In this document: one piece after another, positions 10,222 to 19,509 of the stretch
Position numbering within the stretch: position 1 is the stretch's first letter
How the letters are laid out: each line of letters starts with the position of its first letter
Assembly: GCA_016839815.1 (NCBI GenBank)
Contig: JAEOTM010000037.1
Span: 1 to 38,167 of the forward strand
Direction: 5' to 3'
Length of the DNA stretch: 38,167 bases
DNA from: Candidatus Hodarchaeota archaeon
GTDB taxonomy: Archaea; Asgardarchaeota; Heimdallarchaeia; Hodarchaeales; Hodarchaeaceae
Translations under genes and position numbers: made by a program
The notes under the pieces: generated by a model
Told to the model about the DNA's origin: nothing
The model's input: the letters and a program-made list of their open reading frames with translations, nothing else
Databases searched by the model: none

Positions 10222-10232
10222 GGTGAAATGAA

Positions 10233-10514
10233 ATGAGCGAAACACCAGAAGATTCTATTATCGAAGAAAGGATATACACCGTACCTTTTAGTAAGGTGGT
10301 TTATGGACGAAAAATTCCACGAAAAAAGAGGACTCCAAGAGCAATGCGTCATTTAAAAGCATTTATTCAGCGTCATCTAAGAAGTGATAATATTATCATT
10401 ACTGCAGAAGTCAATGAATTAATGTGGACAAGAGGCATTCAACATCCACCGCGGAGAATACGTATCCGTGTTGTAAAAACAGAGGACGACGTTGTTACAG
10501 TCTTCCTTGCTTGA
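10233..10514 (+). CDS. rpl31e: 50S ribosomal protein eL31
   Basis: Motifs ERIYTVP, KRTPRAM and NELMWTRGIQHPPRRIRIRV. Confidence 0.95.
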   Translation: MSETPEDSIIEERIYTVPFSKVVYGRKIPRKKRTPRAMRHLKAFIQRHLRSDNIIITAEVNELMWTRGIQHPPRRIRIRVVKTEDDVVTVFLA

Positions 10515-10577
10515 AATATCAACTATCCTTCATCAAAACGACTCGATTACCTATCTTAGTTAGGAGATGTCTAGGTA

Positions 10578-11231
10578 TTGGAAATTGAATTTGCAGATCT
10601 ACTTGGCAATATCCATATCGGAGTTTCAATTCTATGTACAGAAAATCATGCTTTGATTCCTGTTGAAACACCAGAGGTACTTGTGAAACTTATCGAATCT
10701 ACTATGAAAGTGACAATTATTCGACTTGCTGAAAGGATCATAGGCTCATTAGTTCTTGGAAACTCTAACGGATTTATACTTTCAAATGTAATTGCCAAAG
10801 AAGTTGTTGAACAGATTCAATCAACAGGCTTACCTGTTTACCAAGCACCTGAATTCTTTGCTTTTGGGAATGTAGTGCTAGCCAATGATTATGGAGGAAT
10901 AATCTCACCAATTGTCCCCTCTAAAATCCGACACGATATCGAAAAAATACTGAAAGTCCCACTGAAAATAAAAACCATCGCAAATTCAGATTTAGTAGGA
11001 AGTCTGGCATACATCACGAACTATGGAGGTTTAATCACCCCATTAGCAGATGAAACTGAAGTAAAGGAATTGAAAAGTCTTTTAAACCTTCAGGAGATCG
11101 GAGTAGGAAGTGTTAACAAAGGATCAGAATTTATTTCCTCAGGAATCGTTGGAAACTCCAAAGGTTTACTAATTGGAAGAGAAACGACAGGTATTGAAAT
11201 AATGGAGATTACACGATGTTTCTCATCTTAA
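10578..11231 (+). CDS. eif6: Translation initiation factor aIF-6
   Basis: Pentein repeats (IGSLVLGNSNG, GNVVLANDYG, GSVNKG, TTGIE), in the conserved position after eL31. Confidence 0.92.
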   Translation: MEIEFADLLGNIHIGVSILCTENHALIPVETPEVLVKLIESTMKVTIIRLAERIIGSLVLGNSNGFILSNVIAKEVVEQIQSTGLPVYQAPEFFAFGNVVLANDYGGIISPIVPSKIRHDIEKILKVPLKIKTIANSDLVGSLAYITNYGGLITPLADETEVKELKSLLNLQEIGVGSVNKGSEFISSGIVGNSKGLLIGRETTGIEIMEITRCFSS

Positions 11232-11306
11232 TTTCAAACAAGAAAAACAAAATTTAATATAAAAATCAAAAAATAACTAAAATCTATGAAGTAGAGGTGT
11301 AAAAAT

Positions 11307-11573
11307 ATGTCAAATGAAAAAACTGTGAAGATTTTTCGCATTTCTGGATATTTTAAACAAAAAAGGGAAACTTCCCCATTTTCTAAGGAATATTTAGCAA
11401 TAACAGAAAAGAACGCAAAGGATAAACTATTTTCTCAATTTGGGAGTAAAAATCGTCTGAAAAGAAACCAGATAAATATTCAATCTGTATTGGAAATTTC
11501 TAAGGATGATGTTACAGATCCCTTAATTGAGAAAATCCTCAATAATGAGTTCTCCATCCCAATGGATGATTGA
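11307..11573 (+). CDS. rplX: 50S ribosomal protein eL20 (LX/L18Ae)
   Basis: KIFRISG...FSKE...SQFGSKNRLKRNQINI, between aIF6 and prefoldin. Confidence 0.9.
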   Translation: MSNEKTVKIFRISGYFKQKRETSPFSKEYLAITEKNAKDKLFSQFGSKNRLKRNQINIQSVLEISKDDVTDPLIEKILNNEFSIPMDD

Positions 11574-11575
11574 AA

Positions 11576-12022
11576 ATGGCTACCCCTAATCTGCCTCCTG
11601 AGATTCTGAAACGAGTCCAAGTTCTTCAAACCGAAATAGAACAACTCCAAATTAGTTTAAATGCCATAGAACAACAAATGTCGTTAATGAATAGAGCAAT
11701 GAATTCAATCGATGGATCTAATTTTATTCAAGAAGAACTTAAAGAAAAGAAAAGTGGAGATGAAATTTTAGTTCCAATCGGCGGGTCGAATTTTGTTCTA
11801 TGTTCAGTTAAAGACCCCAACAATGTTTATATTTCTCTTGGCTCAGGAATTAGCAAGCAATCTACATTAGAGGAAGCAGTTAATAGAAATAAAGAACAAT
11901 TGAGCACTTTAAATTCCAACCAAAAACAATTGAGAGAGCAATATAACCAGTTTTCACGAATGATGAATACAAGAAGAAGTGAATTGGTGAAAATTGCCCA
12001 AGAATATCAAATCATTGGATAA
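11576..12022 (+). CDS. pfdA: Prefoldin subunit alpha
   Basis: Coiled coils flanking EILVPIGG...VYISLGSG, in the conserved context. Confidence 0.9.
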   Translation: MATPNLPPEILKRVQVLQTEIEQLQISLNAIEQQMSLMNRAMNSIDGSNFIQEELKEKKSGDEILVPIGGSNFVLCSVKDPNNVYISLGSGISKQSTLEEAVNRNKEQLSTLNSNQKQLREQYNQFSRMMNTRRSELVKIAQEYQIIG

Positions 12023-12080
12023 AAAGGATTATCCAGTGATTTTTTCTGAGAAGAAAATCTAACACTAGGGTGATGTAAGT

Positions 12081-13004
12081 ATGTCTTCGCTTAGGAAAGG
12101 GGTGGGATCACTAAAAAAGAAACTCTCGACATTTGAAATTACGGAAAAGAATATCCAGAGAGCAATTAGAGATTTTAAGCGTCTTTTAATTACTAATGAT
12201 GTGGCAATTGAAGTTGCTGAGGCCATTACCGCAGAATTAATACAAGAGATGAAAGGAAAAAGGACACGAAGGTTCAGTGATCTTTCAAAATTACTTTTAG
12301 AACACGCAGAACCAACTCTTGTCAGGATCATTTCCCCTTCTAAAACAATCGACCTAATAGAGGAGATAGTTGAAACACGAAAGATAACAAAAGAATCTTT
12401 GACAAAAGAACCAGTAGTTATCTTATTTCTTGGAATAAACGGTACTGGTAAAACAACAACCATTGCCAAACTAGCTTACTTATTGAAAAAGAAAAAAATG
12501 CGTGTTATTTTAGCTGCAAGTGATACATTTAGGTCAGGCGCTCAAGAACAATTAAAAATACACGCTGATAAAGTAGGTGTAAAAATAATTTCTGGAGATT
12601 ATGGAAGTGACTCAGCTGCTGTTGCTTATGATGCTATAGCACACGCAAAATCAAAGTATGCAGATGTGGTCATAATTGATACCTCAGGAAGGATGGCTAT
12701 AAACAAAGATTTAATGCAGGAAATGAAAAAAATAAAGCGAGTTGCCAATCCTGATTATACAATACTAGTGGTGGATGCCCTTGCTGGGAATGATGCCACC
12801 AAACAAGCTGCAGAATTCCATGCATCTATAATTTTAGACGGAGTTATATTATCAAAAATGGATGCTGATGCAAGAGGAGGAGCTCTCATCTCAGTAACCC
12901 ACGCTACAAATGGTGTACCCATCTTATATATTGGAACGGGTCAGAAATACTCAGATTTAGAGAGATTTGATCCAGGGACTTATATCCAAAATATCTTGAA
13001 ATGA
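12081..13004 (+). CDS. ftsY: Signal recognition particle receptor FtsY
   Basis: Motifs GINGTGKTT, DTFR, DTSGR, KMDADARGG and GTGQ. Confidence 0.96.
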   Translation: MSSLRKGVGSLKKKLSTFEITEKNIQRAIRDFKRLLITNDVAIEVAEAITAELIQEMKGKRTRRFSDLSKLLLEHAEPTLVRIISPSKTIDLIEEIVETRKITKESLTKEPVVILFLGINGTGKTTTIAKLAYLLKKKKMRVILAASDTFRSGAQEQLKIHADKVGVKIISGDYGSDSAAVAYDAIAHAKSKYADVVIIDTSGRMAINKDLMQEMKKIKRVANPDYTILVVDALAGNDATKQAAEFHASIILDGVILSKMDADARGGALISVTHATNGVPILYIGTGQKYSDLERFDPGTYIQNILK

Positions 13005-13026
13005 GGAATCAGGAGAAAAATGTGTT

Positions 13027-13941
13027 TTAGTAATCTTTAAATTCTATTTTGGATTCTGAAACTTTTTCTTTTAATGTGCTTGCTTGAGCTTTCGTTTTTG
13101 CCAGTAAAAGATTGACGTTTTCTGGAAGGATATAATTGGCTTCAACTGATAAACCATAAGCCTGTCGTACTGCATTCCCTAGAAGGACGGGGATAGATTC
13201 TTTAGAATAATAGTTCACCCTCGGATCAACTGCAATTGCTAGAGCACTCATAAAAGCCTGTTGCAGATCAGAAATGATTTGTTCCTCATTTACATCGAGT
13301 ATACTGCCATCAATGACTTCATCACCTTCAAGAATATGGCTTATTCGTAAGTTTACGCTGAATGGTTGTATACCGAGTCTTGTGAGGACAGCAGCGTGAA
13401 TTTCACTTACAGTGTCACCGATAGAAAGAACTTTAGCAGTTTTTGTGATCCGAATCTTACCTTTTTCAATTCTTGTCTGTAATCCTATTGATCCAAGTTC
13501 ACTGATAATTGGTCCTGGATCAAGATTAGTAATTCCTTCGGGGATAAATACCTCTACAGGAGAGATCTGACCGGCTTTTGCAGGAGCAGGAACAGTATTT
13601 TTACTTAGAAAGCGTTGAAGTTTAAATGGATTCTCGTTTGTAAAGATTAATGCACATGAGCCTGTAATATGACTGAGGAATTTTTCTACAGTCTTCTTGC
13701 TAGTTTTTTCTTGGAATTTTTCTAGCGCAATTGTTTTCAAGGTATTTTTAGCTACTTTAAGGGTAGCATTTACCTCTCCTGATCTTAAAGACGTTCTTAT
13801 ACCTTGAATTGCATTAGAACTTATTCCACTTAAATCAGCAATACCAATAACCGAATTCTCTTCTGCTAATTTTACCATAGTCTCAATTTGGGCTTCTTTT
13901 CTAGTTAACCCGCTTTTTGTTTTTGTCATTGAGATAGCCAT
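13027..13941 (-). CDS. rpl10: 50S ribosomal protein uL10 (aP0), lacking the usual acidic C-terminal tail
   Basis: Motifs KVAKNTL, NPFKL, PAPAKAG and the archaeal/eukaryotic domain II insert. Start could be 13953, 13941 or 13929. Confidence 0.93.
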   Translation of the reverse strand: MAISMTKTKSGLTRKEAQIETMVKLAEENSVIGIADLSGISSNAIQGIRTSLRSGEVNATLKVAKNTLKTIALEKFQEKTSKKTVEKFLSHITGSCALIFTNENPFKLQRFLSKNTVPAPAKAGQISPVEVFIPEGITNLDPGPIISELGSIGLQTRIEKGKIRITKTAKVLSIGDTVSEIHAAVLTRLGIQPFSVNLRISHILEGDEVIDGSILDVNEEQIISDLQQAFMSALAIAVDPRVNYYSKESIPVLLGNAVRQAYGLSVEANYILPENVNLLLAKTKAQASTLKEKVSESKIEFKDY

Positions 13942-14069
13942 TATATTCAACACGCTGTTATTAATTTAGCAGTCAGAACTCGAAGTACCGAGACTCCTGC
14001 AGAATATCTTCTTTGTGTAGGCTTTCTTTTTTCAGGATTAATAAGTTAGGCTCTAGTAGTTAGACTTAC

Positions 14070-14543
14070 TTACAGCTCAACTTCAGTCTCGTCTTCTTCT
14101 TCACTTGGTTGGATCAATTTTACAGAATCAGCGTGAAGAACTATTGGTATTGTAACACTACTGGTCAATAAATCAACAGTTATCTCTTCACGAGCTTGAT
14201 AAATAGACGAAATTCTTGCTTGACTTCCTTTGAAGGGTCCTTCTGTGATTTCAACAATATCTCCAGGCTTTAATCCTTCTATTACTGGAGTAGGAACCAA
14301 TTGGTTTTCTAATTCAGAAATTGGTACACGTCCTAACTGTTTACTCACATAATGTGCATTTTCTACAGCTTTTAAAATGTCTTGAATATTACCCTCTATG
14401 AACAGATACCCTTGAATTTCAGTAACGAGAACTGTATTAATATCAAAACGATGAACATCAGCATATTGGGCTATTGATTCTGCGGCATTGAACTCCTGTC
14501 CCTTCTTCACCTTATAACAATATATACCATACTTTTCTAGCAT
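14070..14543 (-). CDS. spt5: Transcription elongation factor Spt5 (NusG family)
   Basis: NGN domain (GQE, GYLFIE) plus KOW (GDIVEITEGPFKG). Start uncertain; the ORF track gives 14585. Confidence 0.93.
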   Translation of the reverse strand: MLEKYGIYCYKVKKGQEFNAAESIAQYADVHRFDINTVLVTEIQGYLFIEGNIQDILKAVENAHYVSKQLGRVPISELENQLVPTPVIEGLKPGDIVEITEGPFKGSQARISSIYQAREEITVDLLTSSVTIPIVLHADSVKLIQPSEEEDETEVEL

Positions 14544-14591
14544 TTTAACCACAATATCTTCGATTATGATGAGTTCAAAAACCAATATTAC

Positions 14592-14792
14592 CTATAAGTC
14601 TCGACCAAGTAATACGAAAATTATAAAACGAATAACAAAAGCGACAAGACCTAATACTGCCATTCCTGCTACTGTAATTTTAATAACTAGCGTTACCTCT
14701 GAACGATCTGGCTTTTTAGCAAGCCTCAGTATCCGTATCGCTCGTTTGTAAAAACTGGCTGATCCCATTCGACTACTACTATCAATTCCCAT
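14592..14792 (-). CDS. secE: Protein translocase SecE / Sec61-gamma
   Basis: RILRLAKKPDRSE followed by a TM helix, upstream of spt5, with a GGTGA SD. Confidence 0.92.
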   Translation of the reverse strand: MGIDSSSRMGSASFYKRAIRILRLAKKPDRSEVTLVIKITVAGMAVLGLVAFVIRFIIFVLLGRDL

Positions 14793-14806
14793 AATTATCA
14801 CCTTGA

Positions 14807-17800
14807 TTAATATGTACTATCTGCTAAAACAATCTGAGGCTTTATTGTAAGAGCCATTAATTCCTGTAACAATAATTTGAACGCATAAGAGATTGCGATT
14901 TTATAAATTCCAGTATCTACAGTTCCACAGATACTGCAATAAGTTTGATCTTTCTTTCGATCCCAAGTAGCAATAACACCACAACTCTCGCAAATGAAGA
15001 TCTCTGTTTTATCAGATTCCTCTAGCAACCGTTCTTTCAATAATAATGCTGCACCATGACCAATTAAGCAATCACGTTCCATTTCACCAAATCTAAGCCC
15101 TCCTTCACGAGCACGGCCTTCTGTTGGTTGACGAGTTAAAATTTGGATTGGTCCTCGCGCTCGTGCATGAATCTTATCTGCGACAAGATGGTGAAGTTTT
15201 TGATAGTATGTAGGGCCAATGAAAATTCTAGCGGGGAGTTTCTGACCTGTCATTCCATCATACATCACAGATTCAGCATATGGATGAAAACCTAAGTTTC
15301 TCAATTTATCTGCAATATCTTCAGGATCAGGAGATTCGAACAAAGTAGCATCGATTTGTTTACCTTCATAACAAGCGACAATAGCACTCATACATTCAAT
15401 AATTTGACCAACAGTCATTCGACTTGGAATAGCATGTGGATTAATAATTAGATCAGGGACAATACCCTCTTCAGTAAAAGGCATGTCACTTTGGGGTACA
15501 ACATTTCCGATTATACCCTTTTGACCATGTCGTGATGCGAATTTATCACCTAATTCAGGTACCCTTTGATCACGCACCTTAATTTTAACTAAAGTACTTC
15601 CTTCAGAGGTTTCGGTCAAGATGACAGCATCTACTATACCCTTTTCTCCATGACGAATAGCAAGACTTGTCTCTCTTCGTTGGGGAGTTGCAGACTCAAA
15701 CGAATCAAGTTCGATATATTCCTCTAGGAATCGGGGGCGAGAAGTACGTCCAACGAGAATATCTCCACCTCCTACCTCAATCTCAGGTTCGATAATTCCA
15801 TCTACCTCACTTAAATGGCGGTACACCTCTTTAGCGCGATAACCTCGGACTCCTTTTTGAGGAATTTCAAACCTATCTTCTTGTCCACCTAAATATTTCT
15901 TCTCTTCACCAACATAAGATCTAAAGAAATGGCTACGAGCTAATCCTCTTTGAACACTTGCACGATTTAATATAATAGCATCTTCTATATTGTAACCTTG
16001 AAAACTCAGAATTGCTACAATGAAGTTCTGTCCTGCGGGACGATCGTTGAACCCAATAACTTCCATTGGTTTACTACCAACCAGAGGAATTTGAGGGGCC
16101 TGTAGAATATGAGCACGTCGATCTGTACGAAAATAGAAATTAGAAGCATAAAGTCCAAGAGCTTGTTTTGTCATTCCAGCCTCATAGGTATTACGAGGGG
16201 ATTGATTGTGTTCGGCATAGGGAATAATCGAAGCACATATACCCAGAATTGCGGAAGGAGAAATTTCAACGTGTGTATGATTAGATTCAATTTCATCTAG
16301 GGTCATTGAAATAAAAGAATTTTCCTCCTCCTCTGCATCAAGAAATTCAATTACTCCTTCTTTCAACAAATCTGAAAACTTAATATCACCCTTCCTTAAT
16401 TTTTCAATATGGCCCATTTTTAACCTCGGAACAGCTGGTTGACCAGAAGTATCCGAAGGATCGAGAATGATTAGTGGCCTACGAACACGTCCTTCATCTG
16501 TATTAATTGAAATAATATGATTTTCCTCAAAGAAAGCAAGATTAATCTCATGGTAGAGCTTATTTGTCCTTCTCGCATTTCTAATGATTGAAAATGTTTC
16601 AAATGGTTCTCTTGTTGTAGCAACAAGGTTTCCATTAAGTAAAATTTGTACACCTTGATGATCAATACTTTCACTTACAGGAACTGCTTTACAATTTTGA
16701 TAAATAAACTCCTTAACTGGTTCATCAGGGGTTCCAATCGAAATATATGCTTGCATTGCCAGATTTTTCACAAGACCACAATTAGGCCCTTCAGGGGTTT
16801 CATTTGGGCATATCTTTCCCCAATGAGTTGCATGCAAATCTCGAGCTTCAAAGTGGGCCTGACTCCGAATAAGAGGGCTAATAACTCGTCTAAGATGGCT
16901 ATAAGTAGACATATAATTTGTACGATCTAAAAGTTGTGAAACTCCCGCTTTTCCACCAACCCAATTACCTGTGGCTAGAGCATGACGAATTCTTTCCGTT
17001 ATCACATCTGCTCTCATTGCAACACGTAAATTGGGTAATTTACCCCTCCTCGCTCCCTTTTCCAGCTGATATTTAATATCACGATAGAGGGAATGGAAAG
17101 CTACACGAAAAAGACTCGTTAACATCTCACCAGCAAGTTTCAACCTTTTATTCGCATAATGATCTTTATCATCAGCTTCAATTCGTTTCAAATTGAGCTT
17201 AATTACTTTTAACGCCATTTGTGCAAGATAAAGAGCTTTTTGCTTGCGATAACTTGCATCTTTTCCAACATGAGGTAATAAATAGTTATCTAACACCTGT
17301 TTAGCTCGTAAAATTCGATATTGTCTGGTTTGCCCTACAGCAACCCGTTTACCAATGAAATCCAGGGCTTCTTCCTGATCTACAATTTCTGCTGCCTCAC
17401 GCAAGGTGGGTAACAATTCTTGAATAAGTTCAGGGTCATTACTTACTAAGTTGGCAATATCTCTATCTATAGTGATTCCCAACGCTTTGATTAAAACAGC
17501 TAGGGGTAAAGGTCTTGGAACACTAAAGAAATTGACAAGTAGACGTCCATCCTTCCTTCTTTGAACAGACACTAAAGAACGAAAACCAGCCACAGTACTA
17601 AAGACTTTGGCTACAGCAGTCGTGGAAGATCCTTTTCGTCCTTCATCAACTAAAACACGGTTTGAAACCAAGTATTCCTGAGTAACAATAACTCTCTCTG
17701 ATCCATTGATAATAAAATATCCTCCAGGATCCTCTGGATCTTCTCCTAATCGAGTTAATTCTTCAGTGGATAAGTTGTGCAATAAACAAGAGTTTGATTT

Positions 17801-18178
17801 TAGCATTATTGGTAATCGCCCAATGTATGCGACAATTACTTCCTCTTCCTTCTCAATTCCCGCATCTACATATACAGGACGCATTTTTAAATTTAAAGGA
17901 GCAGAATAGATTAAATTTCTCACACGAGCTTCCATGGGATATATAGTTCTTTCAGAACCATCAGCCTCCCTCACAGAAGGCTCTCCAACCTCAATTCCTT
18001 CTAATTTTACATAAAATCCTTCAATATCAGGTTCAATTTTAGGTCGTTCTTGAACTATATCATTTAGCTTTTTATCAACGAACTCATTGAAGGAGTAAAG
18101 GTGTTGTCTTACTAATCCAAATTCATTATACAAAGATTTTAGAACTTCCCACTTATCATCATTAGCCAATTGTTCCAC
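14807..18178 (-). CDS. rpoB: DNA-directed RNA polymerase subunit B (Rpo2), unsplit
   Basis: Motifs GYFIINGSE, ETPEG, GDKFASRHGQKG and GGLRFGEMERD, with a C-terminal Zn finger. GAGG SD before GTG. Confidence 0.98.
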   Translation of the reverse strand: MEQLANDDKWEVLKSLYNEFGLVRQHLYSFNEFVDKKLNDIVQERPKIEPDIEGFYVKLEGIEVGEPSVREADGSERTIYPMEARVRNLIYSAPLNLKMRPVYVDAGIEKEEEVIVAYIGRLPIMLKSNSCLLHNLSTEELTRLGEDPEDPGGYFIINGSERVIVTQEYLVSNRVLVDEGRKGSSTTAVAKVFSTVAGFRSLVSVQRRKDGRLLVNFFSVPRPLPLAVLIKALGITIDRDIANLVSNDPELIQELLPTLREAAEIVDQEEALDFIGKRVAVGQTRQYRILRAKQVLDNYLLPHVGKDASYRKQKALYLAQMALKVIKLNLKRIEADDKDHYANKRLKLAGEMLTSLFRVAFHSLYRDIKYQLEKGARRGKLPNLRVAMRADVITERIRHALATGNWVGGKAGVSQLLDRTNYMSTYSHLRRVISPLIRSQAHFEARDLHATHWGKICPNETPEGPNCGLVKNLAMQAYISIGTPDEPVKEFIYQNCKAVPVSESIDHQGVQILLNGNLVATTREPFETFSIIRNARRTNKLYHEINLAFFEENHIISINTDEGRVRRPLIILDPSDTSGQPAVPRLKMGHIEKLRKGDIKFSDLLKEGVIEFLDAEEEENSFISMTLDEIESNHTHVEISPSAILGICASIIPYAEHNQSPRNTYEAGMTKQALGLYASNFYFRTDRRAHILQAPQIPLVGSKPMEVIGFNDRPAGQNFIVAILSFQGYNIEDAIILNRASVQRGLARSHFFRSYVGEEKKYLGGQEDRFEIPQKGVRGYRAKEVYRHLSEVDGIIEPEIEVGGGDILVGRTSRPRFLEEYIELDSFESATPQRRETSLAIRHGEKGIVDAVILTETSEGSTLVKIKVRDQRVPELGDKFASRHGQKGIIGNVVPQSDMPFTEEGIVPDLIINPHAIPSRMTVGQIIECMSAIVACYEGKQIDATLFESPDPEDIADKLRNLGFHPYAESVMYDGMTGQKLPARIFIGPTYYQKLHHLVADKIHARARGPIQILTRQPTEGRAREGGLRFGEMERDCLIGHGAALLLKERLLEESDKTEIFICESCGVIATWDRKKDQTYCSICGTVDTGIYKIAISYAFKLLLQELMALTIKPQIVLADSTY

Positions 18179-18576
18179 AAGATAGACCTCTTCTAGTCTT
18201 CGTTTGGGTTTATTCTACGAAAAAACAAAATAAGCGTAGAGAATTGTATAAATCAACGTTACATTCAATAAAACACATAGCTCTAACCATATTGGGTACA
18301 TTTTATAGGGAAAGCTACTCAATGCTGATTTTTTATGATAATTTTGACTATCATTTACAGGGCTTATCAACGAAGGCAGATAGAACAACTTTACTAAGAA
18401 TTTATATTAGCTGTGAATTATTTTTCCAAAGAAAGAAGTTGGGATGTGGGTACTAGATTTATCCATTTATTCACAACAATCACAACACACTAAATTCTGA
18501 GAAAAATCATCTTATAAAAAACCTAAGGCACCAAATCAACTTTTTATATACCTGAAAAGAAGGATGGTATCTATAT

Positions 18577-19473
18577 ATGAGCATAATAGCTGATTATCTT
18601 TTACACGCTTTATTTTGGGGAGTTATATTTAATTTTCCTTTGTTATTTATAATAATAAAGTTAAAACTACTTACAGTTCCAGGAGGAATAATAACGGGAG
18701 CCACAATTGCTATTATGATGTATATGATTTCACCATTTCTTTGGTGTGCTTTATTACTCTTCTTTCTATCATCTTCAATGATTTCCAAACAAACCTCACC
18801 CCAAAAACAGTTAGTTACTGCAGAATTTTCTAAGGATTCAACACGTGACGCCATTCAAGTGTTATCAAATAGTTTACCAGCCTTAACATTTGGAATACTA
18901 TTTTTAGTGGTCGATTTCTTTCCAAAAGTAGAAAAAAATGGTAATTTTTCTTTCTTTTCGCTTTCTGCATTAATGTTTGCCGCATTTGCAACAATAGCTA
19001 CTCATAATTCAGACACCTGGATGACAGAAATTGGTATCAACACAAACAGCATTCCTAGATTGATAACAAATCTCAAAAAGGAGGTTTCAAAGGGTACAAG
19101 TGGAGGGGTAACAATTAAAGGTACGTGTGCCGGATTACTAGGCTCTATGGTAATATCATTTGTTTATCTAGTTTATGTAATTCTTAATTCGAATTTAGAA
19201 GTTATGAGAATCTTTTCTCAATGGGTTCTTCTTATTCTAGTGGGGACAGTGGGGGGATTAACTGATTCTCTTGAAGGAGCAACCATCCAAGGATTGTATT
19301 ATTGTGACCATTGCATGAAAGTAACGGAGAGAAGCACTCACAGATGCGGAAATTCTACAAAATTTCTTAAGGGATACCGTTTTGTGACAAACGATCTTGT
19401 AAACACAAGCTCCGCCTTCATTAGTGGCATATTAGCCATTATCGGATATATATCAATTGAGATACTTCTGTAG
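18577..19473 (+). CDS. DUF92 (TMEM19-like) integral membrane protein
   Basis: Motifs RDAIQVLSN, DTWMTEIG, GTSGGVT, DSLEGATIQ..Y.C..C and NDLVN. Confidence 0.85.
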   Translation: MSIIADYLLHALFWGVIFNFPLLFIIIKLKLLTVPGGIITGATIAIMMYMISPFLWCALLLFFLSSSMISKQTSPQKQLVTAEFSKDSTRDAIQVLSNSLPALTFGILFLVVDFFPKVEKNGNFSFFSLSALMFAAFATIATHNSDTWMTEIGINTNSIPRLITNLKKEVSKGTSGGVTIKGTCAGLLGSMVISFVYLVYVILNSNLEVMRIFSQWVLLILVGTVGGLTDSLEGATIQGLYYCDHCMKVTERSTHRCGNSTKFLKGYRFVTNDLVNTSSAFISGILAIIGYISIEILL

Positions 19474-19509
19474 CTAGTTCCCATCATTCTGATATCGACG
19501 AATTATAAC

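Noticed and set aside
18244-18456. 70-aa ORF upstream of rpoB as a candidate RpoH
   Set aside because: Wrong strand and no RpoH (HxLVPxH) motif.
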